A stretch of DNA of 64,000 bases from Deltaproteobacteria bacterium (GTDB lineage Bacteria; Desulfobacterota; Desulfobacteria; Desulfobacterales; C00003060), in contig QMMN01000004.1 in assembly GCA_003647275.1 (NCBI GenBank), positions 1,337 through 65,336 on the forward strand. The letters are read 5' to 3'. The notes beneath the pieces were generated by a model. It saw only the letters and a list, made by a program, of their open reading frames with translations. It had not been told where the DNA came from and searched no databases. Position numbers and translations under genes: made by a program. Positions 30,018 through 39,481 of this stretch are shown piece by piece; the first letter of the stretch is position 1; every line of letters starts with the position of its first letter.

Positions 30018-31160
30018 ATGATCTCCAGGCGCACGCAAGAAATCAAACCCTTCATTGCAATGGACGTGCTGGAAAAGGCCCATGGTATGGAGCGGGCGGG
30101 CATCCATATTATCCATTTGGAGATAGGGGAGCCTGATTTCGATACCCCCGCTTGCATTAAGGATGCTGCGATTCGCGCCCTGGCAGCTGGACACACCCAT
30201 TATACGCACAGTCTCGGCTTGATAGAGCTTCGTGAGGCCATCTGCCGGCACTATCACAAACGCTACGGTGTGGTCATTGAGCCAGATCAGGTGGTTGTGA
30301 CTTCAGGTACCTCACCCGCTATGTTCATGCTCTTTTGTGTCCTTCTGGATCCAGGAGACAAGGTGATCATTTCAGATCCCCATTATCCATGTTATCCCAA
30401 CTTTATTCGGTTCGCAGGTGGCGAGCCGGTCACGATCCCGGTTTTTGAAAATGACGGGTTCCAGTACCGGCCTGAGGCCATCCAGGAAAGGATCGATGAC
30501 GGGACCAAGGCAATTTTTATCAATTCTCCATCCAATCCTACAGGAAACCTCCTGGGATATGAACGTATGCAGACCATTTCGGAGTTATCTCCATACATTA
30601 TTTCTGATGAAATATACCACGGATTGGTCTATGAGGGCGAGGAACATTCTATCTTGGAATTTACAGACAGGGCTTTTGTCCTGAACGGATTTTCAAAGAC
30701 ATATGCCATGACAGGCTGGCGGTTGGGCTATTTGATTGCACCAAAGCCCTTTATCCGGGCCATCCAGAAGGTTCATCAGAATTTTTTTATCTCAGCCAAT
30801 GCCCTGGTCCAATGGGCTGGCATTGCAGCCCTCGAAGAGGCTGTCGAAGACGTGGCACGGATGCGGGCCATTTATGATGAACGCCGCAGGTTTATGATCA
30901 AGCGACTCAAGGAGATCGGATTTGGCATCACCGTGGAGCCTACAGGGGCGTTTTATGTCCTGGCCAATGCCGGGAGGTTTTCAAGGGATTCTTACAAACT
31001 GGCCTTTGATATCCTTGAAAAAGCCCACGTAGGGGTCACCCCTGGAATCGATTTTGGGGCCAATGCCGAAGGGTATCTGCGGTTTTCCTATGCAAACACC
31101 CTGGAAAACATTGCAGAGGGAATGGATCGGGTTGAGCGATATATCAAAGAGCGGTATTGA
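30018..31160 (+). CDS. PLP-dependent class I/II aminotransferase (aspartate aminotransferase-like)
   Basis: GEPDFDTP, NSPSNPTG, SDEIY, GFSKTYAMTGWRLG. Confidence 0.93.
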   Translation: MISRRTQEIKPFIAMDVLEKAHGMERAGIHIIHLEIGEPDFDTPACIKDAAIRALAAGHTHYTHSLGLIELREAICRHYHKRYGVVIEPDQVVVTSGTSPAMFMLFCVLLDPGDKVIISDPHYPCYPNFIRFAGGEPVTIPVFENDGFQYRPEAIQERIDDGTKAIFINSPSNPTGNLLGYERMQTISELSPYIISDEIYHGLVYEGEEHSILEFTDRAFVLNGFSKTYAMTGWRLGYLIAPKPFIRAIQKVHQNFFISANALVQWAGIAALEEAVEDVARMRAIYDERRRFMIKRLKEIGFGITVEPTGAFYVLANAGRFSRDSYKLAFDILEKAHVGVTPGIDFGANAEGYLRFSYANTLENIAEGMDRVERYIKERY

Positions 31161-31290
31161 TCCCTTGGTGACTTCTGCTGATTCATCCCAAGTTATACGT
31201 TACGATAATAGCTACGAGAATAAGGAGGGAATTTTCCTCATCCTCCATTCATGTCTACTCTTGGCGCATTATTTGGGTTTATAACAGCCC

Positions 31291-31935
31291 ATGATTGTCC
31301 GATCTGCTGAATTCATCACCAGCGCTGTAAAGCCTTCCCAGTATCCTCCACCCGGCAGGTCTGAAATCGCGTTTGCGGGGCGCTCAAATGTCGGGAAGTC
31401 TTCTTTGATCAATGCCTTGTTAGGCCGGAAGAACCTGGTAAAGACCAGCTCCACGCCAGGGCGTACCCAGACCATCAATTTTTTCCTCATCAACGATCAA
31501 TTTTATTTCGTGGATTTGCCTGGATATGGCTATGCTAAGGTTTCCATAGCAGTCCGCAAAAACTGGGGTCCGATGGTTGAAAGATACTTGATGACCCGCC
31601 GTGCCGGAGAGCCCTCTGTATCGGCCTCCGGCTCATATGAGCCTCTGGTTCGGGGAGAGGCCACTAGGGGTCTTCGCGCGGTGGTGGTGATCCTGGATAT
31701 CCGGAGACAGCCAAACCAGGGGGATCATGATTTGCTTGCCTGGCTGGCGCACTACAATATCCCGGCCCTTGTGGTGCTAACAAAGGCAGACAAGCTAAAA
31801 AAGAACAAACAGGCGAAACAGCGATACTTGATTGCCCAGGAACTTTTCACAGATCCTTCGTCACTGATTCTGTTTTCGGCTACAACCGGTCTGGGGAAGC
31901 GCAATCTGTGGGCAGCTCTTGAAGCACTCTTATGA
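31291..31935 (+). CDS. engB: Ribosome biogenesis GTPase EngB/YihA/YsxC with a ~22-aa insertion
   Basis: GRSNVGKSS, TPGRT, DLPGYGY, TKADK; extra segment AGEPSVSASGSYEPLVRGEATR. Confidence 0.93.
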   Translation: MIVRSAEFITSAVKPSQYPPPGRSEIAFAGRSNVGKSSLINALLGRKNLVKTSSTPGRTQTINFFLINDQFYFVDLPGYGYAKVSIAVRKNWGPMVERYLMTRRAGEPSVSASGSYEPLVRGEATRGLRAVVVILDIRRQPNQGDHDLLAWLAHYNIPALVVLTKADKLKKNKQAKQRYLIAQELFTDPSSLILFSATTGLGKRNLWAALEALL

Positions 31936-32975
31936 GCATGACGCTTAAAATAGACGGCAGCCACGGCGAGGGGGGTGGACAGATATTAAGGACTGCCCTA
32001 TCCCTGGCTGCTATACGCCAGCAGCCCGTGGAGATCCATAATATCCGGAGCGGTCGCAAGAAGCCGGGGTTGCGGCCACAACACCTCATGGCAGTAAAGG
32101 CCATGGCCTTGATCACTGCAGCGAATGTCAAAGGTGCGGAACTGGGCTCCATGCGCCTGTACTTTGAACCTCGGCAAATCACGCCGGGCTCCTATTCCCT
32201 TGATATAGGGACAGCCGGTTCTACGAGCTTGGTGCTGCAGACCATGATTCCTGCTTTGTTAATTGCCAAAAAGGCATCTCGGGTTGATATCATAGGGGGT
32301 ACCCATGTGCCCTGGAGTCCGTGTTTTCATTACTTGCAGGGGGTATTTGTGCCTGCACTCCAGGAGATGGGGGGAGCACTACGGCTGGAGATGAAGCGTT
32401 GGGGCTGGTATCCAAAGGGGGGTGGAAAGGTCATTGCATTCATATCGCCAGTCCCAGAATTCTGTGCAGTTGGCCGTACTTGGCGGGGTAAGCTTGAAGA
32501 TACTTATGTGCTCTCGGCTGTGTCAAATCTGCCCATGAGTATTGCTGAGAGGCAGCGAGATCAGGTCCTCAAGCGCTTTAGAGATCACGGCTACAAGGTC
32601 CCCCGAATTGAGCTTTTAAAGGGCCCTTCGCCAGGTACCGGCACGGTGGTCTTTGTAAGGGCGAGATTTGAAAAGGGGACGGCCGGGTTTACCTCTTTAG
32701 GCAAAAAAGGCAAGCCAGCCGAACAGGTTGCCGATGATGCCTGCTTGGATTTTTTTGAATTCATGGCTTCTGGGGCGGTTGTTGACGACCACCTGGCTGA
32801 CCAGTTGGTCCTTTATATGGCCTTAAGCAAAGGGCACTCTTCTTTGACCGCAGGCAGGATCACAAAACATTTGATGACCAACATGTGGGTGATTGAACAG
32901 TTCCTGCCCACAAAATTCGAAGTGGACGAAGAGACCGGAAGGGTAAGTGTGGAAGGGGTGGGTTTTTCAACTTGA
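31932..32975 (+). CDS. rtcA: RNA 3'-terminal phosphate cyclase
   Basis: DGSHGEGGGQILR, PGLRPQH, GGTHVPWSP, GWYPKGGG, VDDHLADQL (adenylated His). Confidence 0.95.
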   Translation: MSMTLKIDGSHGEGGGQILRTALSLAAIRQQPVEIHNIRSGRKKPGLRPQHLMAVKAMALITAANVKGAELGSMRLYFEPRQITPGSYSLDIGTAGSTSLVLQTMIPALLIAKKASRVDIIGGTHVPWSPCFHYLQGVFVPALQEMGGALRLEMKRWGWYPKGGGKVIAFISPVPEFCAVGRTWRGKLEDTYVLSAVSNLPMSIAERQRDQVLKRFRDHGYKVPRIELLKGPSPGTGTVVFVRARFEKGTAGFTSLGKKGKPAEQVADDACLDFFEFMASGAVVDDHLADQLVLYMALSKGHSSLTAGRITKHLMTNMWVIEQFLPTKFEVDEETGRVSVEGVGFST

Positions 32976-33022
32976 TTTGTTCTGCAAAAGGCGGCTTGAT
33001 ATGGTCAACCATGATTGAAAAG

Positions 33023-33826
33023 TTAAGCCTCCCTTTCTCTCCTGAGCACTTTTCTTTGGAGATTGGTGATATGGGGCATGATGCAGCGCTGTTCTCTTTC
33101 CGTATATTGATGAAATTGTATCCTGTTGCTTAGATCGTCAGTCGTAACTCGTTGTAAGAATTCGACGCCAAAATAGAGCACTTCACTTTTTGGATTTTTG
33201 GGGCGCAACTTGGCTCTGATTATCGACTTTGTCCATAAGACTTCTTGTTGATCAATGAAAATCTTAGTGAGGATTTCATCATTTGTGGAAAGACGACTGA
33301 CAGAGTCGGTAGTGAATCCATCTTTTGTTTTTACCCTTTTTTTACATAGGAACCTTAGCCCTTGAAGACTTAAATCCATTATTCTGTAATGGTTTGCGCA
33401 ACCTATGGGATGCCCGTCTAAATCTGTTATCACGACACAGACATCTTCATCCGGAGGAATCTCCACTCGGAAATGTCGGCGCACAGTGGCAAAATACATG
33501 TTGAAAGGATAGTCAAAGAAAAGAGCCTCTGTGAGCCCATCTTTCAACTTGAAGTTGCCGATTTTTACAAGTTTAGCTTCCAGTATTTTCCTAACGAGAT
33601 TACCATCCCGGTCTCTTACGATGTAAGTGATCCCCATGGGACTATCCACCATCGTGGGGGAGACCTCTGGGGTGGGCTGCTCCACGACAATAAAAGCGTC
33701 AGTTATATCCAATATCCGAGTTCTTCGGAGATCATCCTTGCCATCGAGATCCTTTGCCTTCTGGACCCGCAGATCAATGATCGTGTTGGGCCCTAGTCTT
33801 GCCAATGCATTCTTGATACTTGTCAT
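33023..33826 (-). CDS. YcgR-like PilZ-domain protein (c-di-GMP effector candidate)
   Basis: RRHFRV (RxxxR) and DLSLQG (DxSxxG), N-terminal YcgR-like region. Confidence 0.7.
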   Translation of the reverse strand: MTSIKNALARLGPNTIIDLRVQKAKDLDGKDDLRRTRILDITDAFIVVEQPTPEVSPTMVDSPMGITYIVRDRDGNLVRKILEAKLVKIGNFKLKDGLTEALFFDYPFNMYFATVRRHFRVEIPPDEDVCVVITDLDGHPIGCANHYRIMDLSLQGLRFLCKKRVKTKDGFTTDSVSRLSTNDEILTKIFIDQQEVLWTKSIIRAKLRPKNPKSEVLYFGVEFLQRVTTDDLSNRIQFHQYTEREQRCIMPHITNLQRKVLRREREA

Positions 33827-34212
33827 AACTTTTCCTTTACAGTCACAAGTTCCGTACGACGTCAGAAAGTGTCCTGTCGTATTAGTAAATGAGGTGGGAA
33901 CCCGTATATGTAAATGTAATACTTACCAAAATTCTATCTTTTCGTCAAGCCCATTGCCCCCTCACGCCATGTTCCCGCCTGCCATTATTCATTTTTATTT
34001 TAAATGTCGACCGGCTTGTTCTTCCTTTGCATTTTCGTGATAATCGTTTATAATGATGGTTTATAAGGCCACAGAAAAGGTTTGCAGCTATGCTGTATTT
34101 CTGCTATAAATACACCATGTGGCGGCCAAGCAGCAGTGCACTCAGAAAGGACCGTTGAGATCTACATTGCAGCGATTTGGGCATTAACAAGCTTGGAACA
34201 AGTTAAAAAATG

Positions 34213-34403
34213 GACGGCACGGTAAGAAGCTCCAGATGCAAGGCGCGCGCCTCTTTTAAAGCTGTCAGGCGCAATCTTGAGGGATTAAAAAGTACGTCGG
34301 AATGATTTACCCTGTTAAATCGGCTCCGCCGTCTCGCATAGCAAGAATTTAACAGGGCGGGGATGAAGTGCAACGCTCCAGATGGACTTTTTCCGAAGCC
34401 GTA
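34213..34403. mobile_element. MITE-like element, family B (GACGGCACGGTAAGAAG ... CTTTTTCCGAAGCCGT)
   Basis: Imperfect terminal inverted repeats, internal repeated GCTCCAGATG, inner hairpin CCCTGTTAAAT/ATTTAACAGGG. Confidence 0.6.
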
Positions 34404-34430
34404 ACATATTTGGATGAAAGGATAGTTGTC

Positions 34431-34679
34431 ATGCCGATATATGAATTTCGTTGTTTGAAGTGCAACGAGATTTTCGAGCTCCTCACAGTTAAGACCGAGG
34501 ACGAAATGGAGATGAAATGTCCCCACTGTGGGTCCGAAGACTTTGAACGTGTCCTGAGCACCACCAGTTATACAATGGGTTTTGGAAAAGGCGAATCAGC
34601 ACGTCCGAAAGTTCAATCAAGGGAATGCGCTTCGGGTACCTGTTCTACGATAACCTTGCCTGGTCACTCCAAGAACTAA
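34431..34679 (+). CDS. FmdB-family zinc-ribbon protein
   Basis: MPIYEFRCLKC...CPHCGS signature. Confidence 0.85.
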   Translation: MPIYEFRCLKCNEIFELLTVKTEDEMEMKCPHCGSEDFERVLSTTSYTMGFGKGESARPKVQSRECASGTCSTITLPGHSKN

Positions 34680-34718
34680 GCATATCCTTGCTTCTGGGTA
34701 GAATCTCAAAAAAAACAT

Positions 34719-34767
34719 TTGACAAGCTAAGGGCTTTGTATTATCCTTATTGTAATTCAATTTCAAT
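34719..34767 (+). promoter_or_regulatory. Sigma-70 promoter with overlapping 19-bp Fur-type operator
   Basis: TTGACA-17 bp-TATCCT followed by ATTGTAAT-TCA-ATTTCAAT (34749-34767). Confidence 0.7.
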
Positions 34768-34780
34768 AAGGAAATAACTG

Positions 34781-35473
34781 ATGGAAACAATTCACGATCA
34801 AGAAAAAAAGCAGTTTAAACACCTTTTTGAAGATGAAGAAATCGACTACATCGAGGACAGATTGGCCATCCTGGAGGTTCTTCTGAGTATTGAGCGGCAC
34901 ATCAGCTTTCAAGAATTGATTGCTGCTTTGAGAGATAATGGCTATAGTTTTGAGCCGGATTTCGTAAAAAAGACGTTAAACCTCCTTTGCCGCTATGGGT
35001 TTGTTTCAAAAAAGAAATTTGAAGGTCAGCCTACCCTGTATGAACATCGACATCTGGGTTCTCACCATGACCATCTCATTTGCACTAAGTGCAAGAAGAT
35101 CATTGAGTTTGAAAACCGCCAGATGGAAGAGCTTCAACGTGAGATAGCTGCTTTACACGGTTTCCACGTGCTTCAGCACAAGATGGAGATATACGGTCTG
35201 TGTTCTGGCTGTCTTAAGGAACGTATTCGTTTGATGCCCCTTTCATTTGCCCAGGAAGGCGAGAGAGGCATTGTAGAAGAATTTTTGGGAGGGGCTGGCG
35301 CACAACTGCGATTGGCTACCATTGGGTTGCGGAGGGGTGACGAGGTAGAGGTCATAACCAACAGTGGTGAAGGCCAGCTAGTCGTCGCTGTGAACAGTAC
35401 GCGACTGGCCCTTGGCCGGGGCATTGCCAGGAAGATCATGGTAAAGCCCAATGGGAGGAGAAGGAAAGGATAG
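34781..35473 (+). CDS. Fur-family repressor fused to a C-terminal FeoA domain
   Basis: HHDHLICTKC and CSGC Fur motifs; C-terminal RLATIGLRRGDEVEV...LALGRGIARKIMV. Confidence 0.88.
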   Translation: METIHDQEKKQFKHLFEDEEIDYIEDRLAILEVLLSIERHISFQELIAALRDNGYSFEPDFVKKTLNLLCRYGFVSKKKFEGQPTLYEHRHLGSHHDHLICTKCKKIIEFENRQMEELQREIAALHGFHVLQHKMEIYGLCSGCLKERIRLMPLSFAQEGERGIVEEFLGGAGAQLRLATIGLRRGDEVEVITNSGEGQLVVAVNSTRLALGRGIARKIMVKPNGRRRKG

Positions 35474-35475
35474 GG

Positions 35476-35712
35476 ATGAACTTGAGTGAGTTGAAAGAGG
35501 GCCAGACAGCAACCATTGTTCGTGTTGGTGGTGATGGTCATTTTCGCAGACGGCTCCTTGAGATGGGGTTCTTGCGAGGTACTGAGGTCTATATTGAAAA
35601 ATATGCCCCCTTGAAAGACCCTATCGAACTCATCCTAAAGGGGTATCATGTCTCCCTCCGTGTGGATGAGGCTGCCCGCATTCAAGTCGAAAATTTGAGG
35701 GGTAGAGAATAG
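35476..35712 (+). CDS. feoA: Ferrous iron transport protein A
   Basis: RRRLLEMGF, APLKDPIE, SLRVDEA. Confidence 0.93.
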   Translation: MNLSELKEGQTATIVRVGGDGHFRRRLLEMGFLRGTEVYIEKYAPLKDPIELILKGYHVSLRVDEAARIQVENLRGRE

Positions 35713-35715
35713 CGC

Positions 35716-37905
35716 ATGCCTCAAAAATCGATCACCGTGGCCCTTGCCGGAAATCCTAATTCGGGCAAGAGCACCATTTTTAACAATTTGACCGGAACCC
35801 GCCAAAAGGTGGGGAACTGGCCAGGGGTTACTGTTGAGAAAAAAGAAGGGCACCTCAAGGCCAACGGTTATGACCTTACCGTTGTGGATCTCCCTGGGAC
35901 ATACAGCCTCACTGCTTACTCCATTGAAGAAGTTGTGGCCCGCAATTTTATCTTGGATGAAAAGCCGGATGTGGTTGTCGATATCATTGATGCATCCAAT
36001 CTGGAGCGCAATCTTTACTTGGCCACGCAGCTTCGCGAACTTGATACAAAGGTCATTTTTGTCCTCAACATGGCTGATGTTGCCAGAGAACGAGGTGTCA
36101 AGATCGATGCAGATAAACTGAGCGAACTTCTTGATGTACCAGTGGTCTTTACGGTCGGAAATAAGAACACAGGAACCCGGCAGCTTCTTGAAACGATCAT
36201 CTCGGTGGCAAAGTCTGAAGTAGAGCTTCCTCGCACCCGCCGGGTTTATTATGGCAAAGATATTGAAAAGGCCATTCATGAACTATCAGAGCTCATTGAG
36301 GAGAAGGCTGGTTCAAAGCTTCCCTACAATATCCGGTGGGTTGCAATAAAGCTCCTTGAAAACGATAGAATTGTCAAAGAGCGAGTACGCCAGTTCACAA
36401 ATCCACACGGGGAAGCCATACTCCAGGAGGCGGAATTAAAGCGTCAGGGGCTCCGTGAGTTTTTTGATGAGGAGCCAGAAATTGTCATGACCGACCACCG
36501 CTATGGCTTTATTGCGGGAATCCTCAAAGAGGTCCTGAAGACAGTCTCAGAACGACGGGTGGATATTTCGCGGCAGATAGACCAGGTATTGACCAACCGC
36601 CTCCTGGGGCTTCCCATCTTTGTATTCTTTATATGGGCCATGTTTCAACTCACCTTTTCACTTGGGGCCTATCCTACAGGTTGGATCGATGCGGGCGTGG
36701 GGTGGCTGGGCCAGACTGTTGGTGGAATCTTGCCAGATGGCTTATTCCGGGACTTGATCGTGGACGGTGTGATTGCTGGCGTGGGAAGTGTCGTTATATT
36801 CTTGCCAAATATTCTTATTTTGTTTTTCTGCATCGCCCTATTTGAGGATACCGGGTATATGGCCCGGGCTGCCTTCCTAATGGACAAGGTCATGCACCTC
36901 ATAGGGCTTCACGGCAAATCTTTTATTTCCCTGCTCATGGGCTTTGGGTGCAATGCTCCGGCCATCATGGCCACCCGGACCCTGGAGAGTGAAAAGGACC
37001 GCATTTTGACAATTTTGATTAATCCCCTGATGTCGTGCTCGGCCAGGCTACCCGTATATATCTTGCTGGCCGGGACGTTTTTTGGGGCCAAGGCTGGTAA
37101 TGCCATCTTTTCCATCTATGCCCTGGGGATTGTACTGGCGATTGCCCTGGGCCGCCTATTCAGATTTACGCTGTTCAAAGGGGAGGTAGCTCCCTTTGTG
37201 ATGGAACTCCCACCGTACCGACTTCCTACGTTCAAGGGTCTATTAATCCACATGTGGGATCGAAGTAAGATATTTTTGAAAAAAATGGGAGGTGTCATTC
37301 TGATCGGTTCGGTCATTGTTTGGTCCTTGAGCGCCTTTCCCCGACAGGTGCAATTTTCAAAGGATTACGAAACCGAGGCAGCACAGATCAGGGCACAATA
37401 TGGCGCCAGCATAGCTGCCGCAAAGGGAGATGACCTGGAAAGACTCAGTCGCGAAAGGGATAAAGCCATTTCGACCTTGGAAACTGTTCAGGCAAGAGAA
37501 AAGATTGAAAAATCGTATATAGGCCGAATCGGCAAAGTATTGGCCCCTATGTTTGCCCCCATCGGCATGGACTGGCGAGGTAGCGTAGCAGTGCTTACAG
37601 GTTTTGTGGCCAAAGAGATTGTTGTCAGCACCATGGGGGTCCTGTATGCAGCAGGGGCTGATGAGGACGAAAAGAGCGAGGCACTGAAAGTGGCCCTGAA
37701 AAAATCTGATATGACACCTCTTTCTGCATATGCCATGATGGCCTTTGTGTTGATTTATGTGCCCTGCGTTGCCACAGTGGCGGCCATCAGGCGTGAGACC
37801 AATTCCTGGAAGTGGACCGCATTCAGTATTACTTACAGCACTATCTTAGCCTGGCTTGTCGCTTTTGTGATTTATCAGGGTGGAAAGGCAATCGGGCTGG
37901 CATGA
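35716..37905 (+). CDS. feoB: Ferrous iron transporter B
   Basis: GNPNSGKST, GNWPGVTVE, DLPGTYSL, NMAD, GFGCNAPA, MSCSARLP. Confidence 0.96.
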   Translation: MPQKSITVALAGNPNSGKSTIFNNLTGTRQKVGNWPGVTVEKKEGHLKANGYDLTVVDLPGTYSLTAYSIEEVVARNFILDEKPDVVVDIIDASNLERNLYLATQLRELDTKVIFVLNMADVARERGVKIDADKLSELLDVPVVFTVGNKNTGTRQLLETIISVAKSEVELPRTRRVYYGKDIEKAIHELSELIEEKAGSKLPYNIRWVAIKLLENDRIVKERVRQFTNPHGEAILQEAELKRQGLREFFDEEPEIVMTDHRYGFIAGILKEVLKTVSERRVDISRQIDQVLTNRLLGLPIFVFFIWAMFQLTFSLGAYPTGWIDAGVGWLGQTVGGILPDGLFRDLIVDGVIAGVGSVVIFLPNILILFFCIALFEDTGYMARAAFLMDKVMHLIGLHGKSFISLLMGFGCNAPAIMATRTLESEKDRILTILINPLMSCSARLPVYILLAGTFFGAKAGNAIFSIYALGIVLAIALGRLFRFTLFKGEVAPFVMELPPYRLPTFKGLLIHMWDRSKIFLKKMGGVILIGSVIVWSLSAFPRQVQFSKDYETEAAQIRAQYGASIAAAKGDDLERLSRERDKAISTLETVQAREKIEKSYIGRIGKVLAPMFAPIGMDWRGSVAVLTGFVAKEIVVSTMGVLYAAGADEDEKSEALKVALKKSDMTPLSAYAMMAFVLIYVPCVATVAAIRRETNSWKWTAFSITYSTILAWLVAFVIYQGGKAIGLA

Positions 37906-38118
37906 TTTTCGCTGATTTCCTACACCGCAAAATACCATCCCATTTCTCTATTCGGTAGAACCCTCTCAATTTTTCGGAAGATAACCACCTTGTAAACCAA
38001 AACTTTGTTCCCTCCCCTCACAATCCATCATTCGTTTCTCGGGCATGCGACCAGCCACATAATATGCCATAATTTCAATATCTTATAGAATTTTTGAGGC
38101 AAATAATCATTTTTTTTC

Positions 38119-38156
38119 TTGACACAGAGAATTCATTATTGTAATTGTATTACAAT
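38119..38156 (+). promoter_or_regulatory. Promoter (-35 TTGACA) with a perfect 8-3-8 operator
   Basis: ATTGTAAT-TGT-ATTACAAT at 38138-38156, same motif as 34749-34767. Confidence 0.72.
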
Positions 38157-38224
38157 TGCATATATAGGTTTATAGGATGTCAATCTTGTTGAGCTCCATA
38201 AGCCTGAATAAGGAGGATATCCCA

Positions 38225-38835
38225 ATGCAATCGACTGACTTGCAACTGCTTGATAAAGATACACAAATTAGCTATTCCGGCATAAAGCCGGTCTGGCAAA
38301 TTGATATACCTTTCAAGTGTCCAGTTATAGGCGCTTGCTTGACCGAGCGGGAATTGAAAAACATTCTCAAGAAGACAGGTATCTGTATCAAATATCTGAA
38401 TGCGTATCAGCTCCATAGAATCGTGATGGAAAATGGAAAACATGGGAGTTGGAAAAGCAAGTCGATAACATGATGGATCGGATGTCTTCTTTGAATCAGT
38501 GCGACGAGCAGTGCCCTGCTTTTGATCTTTGCGCCAAACGTATTCTGATTGTTGGCGGTATCACCAAGTTGCAGGCCTATTACCGCAAATTGATTGAGGA
38601 GAAGGGTGGCGTTTTTGAATACCACGACGGCTATATGAATGGTGGAAAACGTGGTCTGGAAACGCGGGTTAAACGTTCAGATATCATCCTGTGTCCGGTA
38701 AACTGCAACAGCCACAATGCCTGTTTGAGCGTTAAGAGGTTATGCCGGAAACACAACAAGCCTGTCCAGATGCTGTCCAGTGCCAGCTTGAGCGCTATTT
38801 CGCAGGCATTAATTGGAATTAACGGAACAAATTGA
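38225..38835 (+). pseudogene. DUF2325-domain gene split by an internal deletion and frameshift
   Basis: N-terminal half (WQIDIPFKCPVIGACL, RBS AGGAGG) in one frame, DUF2325 half (LCAKRILIVGG...FEYHDG...CPVNCNSHNAC) in the -1 frame; junction at the TGGAAAATGGAAAA repeat. Confidence 0.65.
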
Positions 38836-38837
38836 TC

Positions 38838-38941
38838 TATCGGGTATTGGGTATCGGGTATCGGGTATTGGGTATTGGGTATCGGGTATTGGGTAAGGGA
38901 TAACGGATAACGAATAACAAATAACGAATAACGAATAACGA
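38838..38941. repeat. Heptamer arrays TAT(C/T)GGG x8 followed by ATAAC(G/A)(G/A) x~6
   Basis: Direct reading of the sequence. Confidence 0.9.
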
Positions 38942-38953
38942 AAAAGGGAGGTG

Positions 38954-39466
38954 ATGAAAGTGAGATTGGCAATACCATCCTCGGGCAAAGACCTGAGTGC
39001 AGTGGTAGATCCGAGGTTCGGCAGATGTGATTATTTTACAATAGTGGACTCGGAGACTCTGTACCTTGAAACCATCGAAAACCCTTTCACAACGTCTAAT
39101 GACGGCGCAGGGATAAAGTCAGCCAAATTGCTTGCTGATCAGGGCGTTGACGTAGTCCTGGCCGGGAACATAGGCCCCAACGCCCTTGAGATACTGAAAG
39201 CGGCTGGGATAGCTGTGATCACAGGGGCAAACGGAGAAATTAGCCGGGCAGTTGAAGATTACCGGTCAGGAAAACTTGAAGCCTCACCCACGATTCCACA
39301 AAGCCACCGTAATAGCAGATTTTCTTTGAACACGGGCCGGCGCGGGCTTGGGCCGGGCGGTGAATGCGTGTGCACTAACTGCGGTGCCACAATCCCCCAC
39401 AGGCAAGGTTTCCCCTGCAGAGAGGAAACATGTCCTTCCTGCGGCGGAAAGATGGGGCGTAAATAA
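38954..39466 (+). CDS. NifB/NifX-family (dinitrogenase FeMo-cofactor-like) protein with C-terminal Cys-rich domain
   Basis: VDPRFGRCDYF, GAGIKSA, GNIGPNA; C-terminal GPGGECVCTNCG...PC...CPSCG. Confidence 0.85.
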   Translation: MKVRLAIPSSGKDLSAVVDPRFGRCDYFTIVDSETLYLETIENPFTTSNDGAGIKSAKLLADQGVDVVLAGNIGPNALEILKAAGIAVITGANGEISRAVEDYRSGKLEASPTIPQSHRNSRFSLNTGRRGLGPGGECVCTNCGATIPHRQGFPCREETCPSCGGKMGRK

Positions 39467-39481
39467 AAGAAAGGAGAAGGT

